Below, in pieces: positions 56,846 through 64,000 of a stretch of DNA of 64,000 nucleotides. The notes under the pieces were generated by a model. The model was given only the letters and a program-made list of their open reading frames with translations, had not been told where the DNA came from and made no database searches. The stretch is from positions 128,001 through 192,000 of the forward strand of contig JAOPTX010000007.1 in assembly GCA_051532055.1 (NCBI GenBank). Direction: 5' to 3'. The number at the start of each line of letters is the position of its first letter. Positions within the stretch are counted from its first letter, which is position 1. The position numbers were made by a program, and so were the translations under genes. This DNA comes from Fibrobacterales bacterium. Its GTDB lineage: Bacteria > Fibrobacterota > Fibrobacteria > Fibrobacterales > JAOPTW01.

Positions 56846-57390
56846 TACTCACCCTTATTAGGCATACTGCAGTTGCCACCCCTAAAGGGATATGTTATGG
56901 CATGTCCGATGTCGCTCTTCACGACACCTTTTCAACAGAAGTTGATGCTATTAAAAAAAAGGTCGACTCAACAACTTTTGACACAATTATAAGTAGTCCA
57001 CTCACTCGATGCACTACCCTTGCTCACACTCTTTTTCCCACATCAGTCATTAAAACCGATACACGCATAGCCGAAATGCATTTTGGTGACTGGGAGATGG
57101 AGTCATGGAATGCCATCTACGATTCAAGCTATGGAAAAAAATGGTTTAAGGATTACATAAATATCAATTGTCCCAATGGTGAATCATTCTCCACACTGAT
57201 GAAACGCACCACTGCCTGTATAGAATCATTACCCGAAAAATCATCTATTGTTATCATTACACACGCAGGCGTTATCCGTGCACTTCTTGCCACCTATACC
57301 TCTCTCACACCTATAGAGACTTTTGATAAAACTATTGAGTATGGAGATATTATCACTCTTGAAATCCCATTAACACCGGAGGCTTTATGA
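56842..57390 (+). CDS. cobC: Alpha-ribazole phosphatase (histidine phosphatase family)
   Basis: LIRH, SSPL.RC, E.HFGDWE, PNGES, THAGVIR; located within the cob operon. Confidence 0.9.
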   Translation: MILTLIRHTAVATPKGICYGMSDVALHDTFSTEVDAIKKKVDSTTFDTIISSPLTRCTTLAHTLFPTSVIKTDTRIAEMHFGDWEMESWNAIYDSSYGKKWFKDYININCPNGESFSTLMKRTTACIESLPEKSSIVIITHAGVIRALLATYTSLTPIETFDKTIEYGDIITLEIPLTPEAL

Positions 57391-58868
57391 GCTCAACTCT
57401 TTTGAAACCAATAATGTTTGTCGGAACGGGATCTGATGTAGGCAAGAGCGTTATCAATGCTGCCTTTTGTCGAATTTTTAAACAAGATGGACATACACCT
57501 GCACCATTTAAAGCACAAAACATGTCTCTCAACAGTTATGCCACTCCAGAAGGTCACGAAATAGGACGCGCCCAAGCCATGCAAGCAGAAGCAGCCAGGA
57601 TTCCTTGTTCTGTTTCTATGAACCCAGTATTATTAAAACCCAATTCGAACATGGAAGCTCAAATTGTACTTAATGGTAAGCCATGGGCTAACAAAACAGC
57701 TCTTGATTATTTTAATGGCACCGATAGAGACTTTCTCTTTGCTGAAGCGATGAAAGGGTTCGATGATCTCGCATCACGATTTTGCCCTGTTGTGGTCGAA
57801 GGTGCCGGAAGTATTTCAGAAGTAAATCTTCGTGATAGAGATATTACTAATATGCGTGTTGCTGTAGAGCGAAATGCCGACGTCTACCTTATTACCGACA
57901 TTGATAAAGGTGGAGTTTTTGGCTCTGTATATGGTACACTCGAACTTCTACCCGTTAATGAACGAGCCCTGATTAAGGGAATTATTATCAATAAATTTAG
58001 AGGTGATAGTGCACTTTTTGAAGATGGTCGGATTCAACTTGAAGAGCTTACTGGTGTCCCAGTGGTTGGTGTAATCCCTTATTTCAGAGACATTATACTT
58101 GATGATGAAGATTCAGTAATTCTCGATCTTAAAAGTGGACAGACTCCTCAAGTAAAACAACTCTCTATCGTTATTGTTCTCCTCAAGCAAATGTCAAATT
58201 TTACAGATTTTGCAGCCCTCGAGCGCATCAATTCTATATCTGTTCAATACAGCGCCAATCCTCAAACCGTCGTTGACGCTGATATTGTCATTATCCCTGG
58301 TTCTAAAAACTCAATCAGCGATTTAAACCATCTCAGAGAATCTGGCCTCGCAACAGCGATACTCAACGCATATGACGCAGGCAAATCTATTTACGGTATA
58401 TGTGGCGGCTTTCAAATGATGGGAAAAGAAATTCACGATCCCCACGGTATAGAAGGTACTTTTACAACTATGCCAGGACTTGGCATACTCCCTGTATCTA
58501 CTACTCTCACTACAGATAAAATAACTGAACAGTGCACTTTTCAGTTTAGAAACTCTTCAGAACCCTGCAAAGGATATGAAATTCATATGGGTGAAACCAC
58601 AAGTGAGCATCATTCACCACTTTGTACTATACAGGGCATATCTGATGGGCACTACCTCAATGAAAGGGTATGGGGAAGTTATATCCATGGTATGTTTGAC
58701 AATCACGAGATAGTTAATTCAATATTAAAGGCTGCTGGGCATCAAGAGACGATAGAGCCTTTTAGTATATCAGCATTTAAAGAGACCCAATACAACAAAC
58801 TTGCTGATGTTGTCAGAGATTATTGTGACCTTGAATACATATATTCCCAGCTCTCAAAAAACAAATAA
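57387..58868 (+). CDS. cobQ: Cobyric acid synthase
   Basis: GTGSDVGKS, PFKAQNMSLNS, MNPVLLKP, EGAGS, INKFRGD, SNFTDF, GICGGFQM, GYEIH, YIHG. Confidence 0.97.
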   Translation: MSSTLLKPIMFVGTGSDVGKSVINAAFCRIFKQDGHTPAPFKAQNMSLNSYATPEGHEIGRAQAMQAEAARIPCSVSMNPVLLKPNSNMEAQIVLNGKPWANKTALDYFNGTDRDFLFAEAMKGFDDLASRFCPVVVEGAGSISEVNLRDRDITNMRVAVERNADVYLITDIDKGGVFGSVYGTLELLPVNERALIKGIIINKFRGDSALFEDGRIQLEELTGVPVVGVIPYFRDIILDDEDSVILDLKSGQTPQVKQLSIVIVLLKQMSNFTDFAALERINSISVQYSANPQTVVDADIVIIPGSKNSISDLNHLRESGLATAILNAYDAGKSIYGICGGFQMMGKEIHDPHGIEGTFTTMPGLGILPVSTTLTTDKITEQCTFQFRNSSEPCKGYEIHMGETTSEHHSPLCTIQGISDGHYLNERVWGSYIHGMFDNHEIVNSILKAAGHQETIEPFSISAFKETQYNKLADVVRDYCDLEYIYSQLSKNK

Positions 58869-58961
58869 TTACTTTGAAACTTCTATGATGGGTACACTAT
58901 TAGGCATTCATTTTTAACCTACTATTCCTATCTTTGTACAAGGTACCTGAGGAGTATATTA

Positions 58962-59483
58962 ATGGAAAAGAAAGGTCTCATTCTCATAAACACCGGAGAA
59001 GGAAAAGGGAAATCAACTGCTGGATTTGGTACTGTCGTACGTAGTCTTGGGCTCGGTAAAAAATGTGCAGTAGTGCAGTTTATTAAAAGTCCAAAATCAA
59101 CCTGTGAATCTAGTTTTTTTGAATCAATTTCTGATGTTGCATTTCATTCTATGGGTAAAGGATTTACCTGGAATAGCAAAGACCTTGAAATTGATAAACA
59201 AGCTGCAAAAGAGGCTCTTGACCAAGCCATCATCTACCTTAATGATCCTGACTATTGGACGGTAATGATGGATGAAATTACTTATGCCGTCAATTACAAC
59301 TTTATTGACCTCCAGACGGTGCTTGATGCCCTTGATAATCGCACCCCTGAAACAAATGTAATTCTTACGGGTCGTGACTGCCCCCAAGGACTTATTGATG
59401 TTGCTGATTGCGTATCAGAAATGAAAAAAATAAAACACCAATTTGACAACAATATTTCTGCGCGCAAAGGAATTGACTTTTAA
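58962..59483 (+). CDS. cobO: Cob(I)yrinic acid a,c-diamide adenosyltransferase (BtuR/CobO)
   Basis: TGEGKGKSTAGFG, VQFIK, GFTW, MDEI, ILTGR, KH.F......ARKGIDF. Confidence 0.95.
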   Translation: MEKKGLILINTGEGKGKSTAGFGTVVRSLGLGKKCAVVQFIKSPKSTCESSFFESISDVAFHSMGKGFTWNSKDLEIDKQAAKEALDQAIIYLNDPDYWTVMMDEITYAVNYNFIDLQTVLDALDNRTPETNVILTGRDCPQGLIDVADCVSEMKKIKHQFDNNISARKGIDF

Positions 59484-60400
59484 TGTGGAAAATTTTTCTC
59501 AATGTGGTTCTCATCACAGCACTTAACACTCCAGGAACAGAAACGACCTATCCATTTTCTATTCTTATTAATAGTGAAACAGTTACGCTCCCTAAAGAGC
59601 CTCAACGTATTATATCCATGGCACCCAACATGACTGAAACCCTGTTTGCACTGGGTGCCGGTTCAAAAGTTGTTGGACGCTCTTTCTATTGTGATTTTCC
59701 AGCAGCTGTAAAAAATATTCCAAATGTTGGCCATCTATACGCCCCTAACCTAGAGAAAATATTAACTCTAAAACCTGACCTTATTATTGCCGCAACCCAC
59801 TACTCAGAGCGTTCACTTACTGTACTGAGACAAGCAGGGATTCCCGTTGTTTCTCAACCAACACCAACCTCAATTGCAGAAATTTATTCGTATATACAAC
59901 GTGTAGGGAGTATTATTAATCACACCGATCAAGCCCACACTCTTGTGACTGACCTAAAAAATAAAATGAATTCCATTGCTCGACTTACCGATACTCTCTC
60001 TCATAAACCATCAGTATATTATGCCGTTGGTGCAGGTCGTGGAGGAGACTATACCCCTGGAGGCGATACCTATTTATCAGATTTTATCACTCTATGTGGT
60101 GGTAAAAATATTGCTCAAAACCTAAAGGGGTGGCGCTATAATATTGAAAACCTCCTTATAAATGACCCTCAAATTATCATTGGTGACTCATTGACCTACA
60201 AAACAATGACTAATCAGTCAAATTACAAGAATCTTACGGTAATAAAGTCTAAAAATTATATAATTATTGAAAAAGAACTCTTCACTCGTATGGGGCCACG
60301 TCTCATACAAAATGGTGCTGACACTCTTTTAAAAATATTTCATCCAACGGTGTATAAAGATTCGAGATATGGTCAGTCAATCAAAACAGTTTCACACTAA
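59483..60400 (+). CDS. btuF: Cobalamin/Fe-chelate ABC transporter substrate-binding protein (BtuF-like)
   Basis: PQRIISMAPNMTETLFALG, YCDFP, PNLEKIL.LKPDL, R.GPRL; cob cluster context. Confidence 0.85.
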   Translation: MWKIFLNVVLITALNTPGTETTYPFSILINSETVTLPKEPQRIISMAPNMTETLFALGAGSKVVGRSFYCDFPAAVKNIPNVGHLYAPNLEKILTLKPDLIIAATHYSERSLTVLRQAGIPVVSQPTPTSIAEIYSYIQRVGSIINHTDQAHTLVTDLKNKMNSIARLTDTLSHKPSVYYAVGAGRGGDYTPGGDTYLSDFITLCGGKNIAQNLKGWRYNIENLLINDPQIIIGDSLTYKTMTNQSNYKNLTVIKSKNYIIIEKELFTRMGPRLIQNGADTLLKIFHPTVYKDSRYGQSIKTVSH

Positions 60401-61418
60401 GAGTCTTATATCACTAATTCTCCTCTACATTTTCTTAATCCCCCTTCTTACTACCTTTGGATCCGTCGATATAAGTTTTGGCAATGTTATTACCGTTATC
60501 ACTCATAAACTGGGCCTAACTTTTCAGTCATTTGATTACTCAATAATTGGAACAGTCAAAGAGCAAATCATTATTGATATCCGACTACCCCGTGTCATTC
60601 TTGCAGGAATTGTCGGCATGATACTTGCACTAGTAGGAGCATCATTTCAGGCAGTATTTAAAAACCCTCTTGCAGATCCTTTTGTAATGGGCACCTCATC
60701 AGGTGCGGCACTTGGAATTACTCTCGGTATTTTATTTGGCATGAGTGGTGAACTATTAGGCATTAGCGCTACAACTATTCTCGCATTTATCTGTGCCATA
60801 CTAACTACGCTCCTTGTCTACCAGCTTGCCAAAGTAGGTGAGAAAGTATCAACGACTTCAATACTCCTCGCAGGTATTGTCACCAGCTCAATTATTACAG
60901 CTCTTATATCACTCATTATGATCTTCAAACAAGATCAGATTTCAGACATTATTCTTATGACTATGGGCAGCTTCAATAGTGCCACATGGAATCAAGTAAT
61001 TATTATCGGCCCTCTTTTTATTATTGCATCAAGTATACTCCTCTTTAAAGCACAAGAGATGAATGCACTGGTTATGGGAGATATGGATGCTCATAGTATT
61101 GGGGTAAACGCCAATAAAAATAAGATTATTATTCTCATCTCTTCGGCTCTACTCGTAGCCCTCGCGGTATCTGCTAGCGGTATTATCGGTTTTGTTGGGA
61201 TCATCATTCCGCACCTACTTCGCCTGCTCTTTGGGCCTAACCATAGAACTCTCTTGCCTCTCTCAGCTATCAGTGGTGCAATTTTTTTATTAGTGTGCGA
61301 CTCATTTTCACGCACTTTTCTCGAAAACACTGAAATCCCCATTGGGATAATTACCGCCCTTTGTGGTGGCCCATTCTTTCTTATGTTGTTAAAACGCCAC
61401 AAAAACAGACTCATTTAG
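60369..61418 (+). CDS. btuC: FecCD/BtuC-family ABC permease
   Basis: IRLPRV, Q..FKNPLADP..G.SSGA, GIIGFVG.IIPH, P.G.IT...GGPFF. Confidence 0.9.
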   Translation: MVSQSKQFHTKSLISLILLYIFLIPLLTTFGSVDISFGNVITVITHKLGLTFQSFDYSIIGTVKEQIIIDIRLPRVILAGIVGMILALVGASFQAVFKNPLADPFVMGTSSGAALGITLGILFGMSGELLGISATTILAFICAILTTLLVYQLAKVGEKVSTTSILLAGIVTSSIITALISLIMIFKQDQISDIILMTMGSFNSATWNQVIIIGPLFIIASSILLFKAQEMNALVMGDMDAHSIGVNANKNKIIILISSALLVALAVSASGIIGFVGIIIPHLLRLLFGPNHRTLLPLSAISGAIFLLVCDSFSRTFLENTEIPIGIITALCGGPFFLMLLKRHKNRLI

Positions 61419-61425
61419 AGGTAGT

Positions 61426-62199
61426 ATGTCTTCACTATTAAAAGCAAAAAGCCTCAACTTTAATTATGTGACTTCACATATACTAAAGAACATACATCTC
61501 GACATTGAGCCCGGCACCTTTACCTCTATTCTCGGCCCCAATGGGTCAGGAAAAACAACACTACTTAAAAATTTGTGTGGAGTATTAAAACCTCAATATG
61601 GTGAGATTACCCTCCATGACAAACCAATTGAGCTCTATTCAACAGTAGAGCTTGCCCAAAACATGGCTGTAATCCATCAATCTTCTGATGTGCACTTTGA
61701 CTTTTCAATTTATGATATTGTAATGATGGGCCGATATTCCCATATGAATTTTTTGCAAAGTGCAACAGATCTCGATTACCATATTGTCCAAACAGCTATG
61801 CTCGAAACCGATACGTGGAATATTAAAGACAAATCGATTTATGAGATTTCGGGAGGAGAAAAACAACGCGTTATCATTGCGCGATCACTCGCTCAACAGT
61901 CAGGTATTTTACTGTTAGATGAACCGATAAACCATCTTGATCTTAAACATCAAATTTCGATTCTCTCACTTATCAAAACCCTCTCCAAAGAAAAAAACCT
62001 TGCGGTACTCACTACGCTCCACGATATCAATATGGCTGCACGATTTAGTGATTCTATAGTTTTATTAAATAATGGTAAAGTCGTTACCAAAGGATCCCCT
62101 CAACGTGTTCTTACAAAAGAACATATTGAAAGGATTTATGACATTGAGGTTACCATCTCTGAAGATCACAATGGCAACCCCTATATAATTCCTAATTAG
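61426..62199 (+). CDS. btuD: ABC transporter ATPase (BtuD/FecE-like)
   Basis: GPNGSGKT, SGGEKQR, LLLDEP.NHLD, LHDIN.A. Confidence 0.9.
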   Translation: MSSLLKAKSLNFNYVTSHILKNIHLDIEPGTFTSILGPNGSGKTTLLKNLCGVLKPQYGEITLHDKPIELYSTVELAQNMAVIHQSSDVHFDFSIYDIVMMGRYSHMNFLQSATDLDYHIVQTAMLETDTWNIKDKSIYEISGGEKQRVIIARSLAQQSGILLLDEPINHLDLKHQISILSLIKTLSKEKNLAVLTTLHDINMAARFSDSIVLLNNGKVVTKGSPQRVLTKEHIERIYDIEVTISEDHNGNPYIIPN

Positions 62200-62208
62200 A
62201 AAGATATA

Positions 62209-63453
62209 CTAAGGAAATACTACTGTAATAGCATTTGGAGAAGGAATTGTTGAGCCAACGGGTCCTGCAAGTAATGTGTCTGCTTCATAAATTACCAATC
62301 CAGATGCGGTAGATTTTTGTTCACCAAAAAGTAACACATCAGTTCCTGCGTGATAATACACCCCTCCACCTATTTCTGTTTCAGTACCATATGTTTTAAC
62401 TATTGCCTGTGTTGTGAGGTCAAATAATTTCACACTGGTCAAAGGCCATCCACCGCTAATAGTAATAAAGAGTTCTGTTGCATTTTTTTGAACAAGCGCC
62501 GATCCTGAATTTGAAGGATCACCACCCAACGCCTCATTATTAATGAGAATCGTCGACACTTGAGTTGTTAGGTCGATATGCTCGAGTCCCCCTTCTCCTA
62601 AACCATATTTCCCTGAAGATGCAACATAGAGGTCATTACCATCAATAACAGTATTCGCCGGGTTTTTTAGTTGTGGAGTAATTGTATTTACAATTGTGTT
62701 TGTATTAATATCAATCACAGCAATTTTTGCAGTATCAGGGTTCCAATCAGTATCGAATCTCTGCATACTCACATATAATAGATTATCTACCAAATTAAGG
62801 TCAGCAGCATTCGGTGTTGTCATTCCTGGTACTGCATATGCACTCAAATCAATTGAGTCAACAGCAATGCCAGATGTAAGATCCATTTCTACAACATATG
62901 GTAATCCATAATAGACCACATAACCTATAGTATCATTAGCAAAAACTATTTCATATGGATTTCCATTAACCGCTAAACTGTTTTGATACGTAACGCTCGC
63001 TGTAGTTGTATTATATTTTGTGATATTTCCTACCTGGCGCTCAAGAATATAGAGATCGGTACCGCGGGTATAAATCCTTGAATCTTGGTCTATCTCTATT
63101 AAAGACTTCGACAGAATAAAGGTCGAATCAAGAGATACCGATCTCAATTGACCACCTTCTCCATATTCCCCAACAACCATGTAGGATACCCCACTCTTTC
63201 TCTTACTTTCAACAGACTTTTCTCCATTTTGTTGAAGAGTATCCTCTGTAGTTGTATTTGGATTTACAGGAACAGTATCAATTCCTGTTGTATCAGCACC
63301 TACAGGAACAGTATCAATTGCAGTAGTATCGGTATTCACTGGTGTATTATGATCTACAACAACATTCGATCCCGGGTCTTCTGATTCTGTATTAAACAAA
63401 CACGCGCTTAAAAGAAGTAGTAGTGTGAATAGTAACAAGTGTAATAATTTCAT
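62209..63453 (-). CDS. Surface lipoprotein, YncE/BtuG-like beta-propeller with Thr/Asp/Pro linker
   Basis: LSA-C lipobox, low-complexity linker, repeated beta-blade motifs (NPYEI....GYV, LYVS, IAVID, LYVASSG); downstream of a TonB-dependent receptor. Confidence 0.7.
   Translation of the reverse strand: MKLLHLLLFTLLLLLSACLFNTESEDPGSNVVVDHNTPVNTDTTAIDTVPVGADTTGIDTVPVNPNTTTEDTLQQNGEKSVESKRKSGVSYMVVGEYGEGGQLRSVSLDSTFILSKSLIEIDQDSRIYTRGTDLYILERQVGNITKYNTTTASVTYQNSLAVNGNPYEIVFANDTIGYVVYYGLPYVVEMDLTSGIAVDSIDLSAYAVPGMTTPNAADLNLVDNLLYVSMQRFDTDWNPDTAKIAVIDINTNTIVNTITPQLKNPANTVIDGNDLYVASSGKYGLGEGGLEHIDLTTQVSTILINNEALGGDPSNSGSALVQKNATELFITISGGWPLTSVKLFDLTTQAIVKTYGTETEIGGGVYYHAGTDVLLFGEQKSTASGLVIYEADTLLAGPVGSTIPSPNAITVVFP
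63265..63330. repeat. 36-bp coding tandem duplication (DTT(A/G)IDTVPV) in the lipoprotein linker
   Basis: tacaggaacagtatcaatt occurs at 63265 and 63301. Confidence 0.85.
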
Positions 63454-63461
63454 TGTATCCT

Positions 63462-64000
63462 CTATTTATTTATTGTTATGTGAATTTTAAAATTTTGACC
63501 AGGGGATGGATAAGCATCATTAACGCTTTCATTAGCACTATAAGACGACGTAATATCATATACCCCCGCAGTAAGGTTTGCATTTTTTGCCAATTTCATT
63601 TTGAGATACACATCATGTTGTGATCCTGGTTTCGTTTTCCAAGAATTTGATAAATCCCGAAACATACTTGACTGATATCCATAATCATATCCCAGTGTAA
63701 CACTCTTATACGTATACTCAAAAGTATTGTCGAACGTAATGAATGGTACATAGGGAAGTAAATTGTTTCGAGTTGAAGATTTGTTAGACAAAACTTCTGA
63801 CCCTTGTATTGTAAACAAAGAACTAGTAAAGATATTTTTAGATAAAAAAGTTTTTAGTGAAAACTCAATACCATTCGTAAAGGTTTTATCCTCATTAATA
63901 TATTTCATAATACCTGAAGAATATTTACGACCTATCCAATCATTTACCTCTTTCGAAAAATAGGTGATCTCAGTTTGCAACTTTTTTCTTTCAAATCGAA
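63462..64000 (-). CDS. C-terminal part of a TonB-dependent receptor (BtuB-like); 5' end outside the window
   Basis: Frame is open to the window edge; amphipathic barrel strands, LLPYVP, FRD.SN, C-terminal YPSPGQNF.I.I pattern; cobamide-uptake context. Confidence 0.75.
   Translation of the reverse strand, partial: RFERKKLQTEITYFSKEVNDWIGRKYSSGIMKYINEDKTFTNGIEFSLKTFLSKNIFTSSLFTIQGSEVLSNKSSTRNNLLPYVPFITFDNTFEYTYKSVTLGYDYGYQSSMFRDLSNSWKTKPGSQHDVYLKMKLAKNANLTAGVYDITSSYSANESVNDAYPSPGQNFKIHITINK

Overview
AT-rich bacterial chromosomal window with no rRNA, tRNA, CRISPR array, IS element or prophage that I can support. The gene style (Ser-rich lipoprotein, TSP3-OmpA, yggS-yggT-divIVA-DUF167, BtuG-like lipoprotein, TAnnTTTG promoter motifs) suggests an FCB-group diderm, possibly Fibrobacterota; this is inference only. 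Housekeeping genes: sbcCD, a SulP transporter, a DEAD-box helicase, topoisomerase III, pyk, lon, yggS/yggT/divIVA, nrtR, hemH, lnt, rsmI and a UbiD-family decarboxylase. Signalling genes: a membrane Ser/Thr kinase, a membrane-bound CheA-like kinase with a divergent anchored solute-binding protein, a CheY/CheC pair, and four tandem receiver-kinase hybrids including a pseudokinase. The right end holds a cobamide salvage and uptake cluster. The most striking element is a two-gene module at 10.7-13.9 kb. It encodes a secreted protein with an F5/8C lectin-like head, 37 uninterrupted Gly-X-Y collagen triplets and a circularly permuted phage tail-collar domain, followed by a secreted subtilase with a C-terminal CUB domain. 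The architecture parallels collectin plus MASP, and the module is bracketed by two related hairpins. I also found several small ORFs missing from the supplied track, plus the truncated lipoprotein gene at the left edge.
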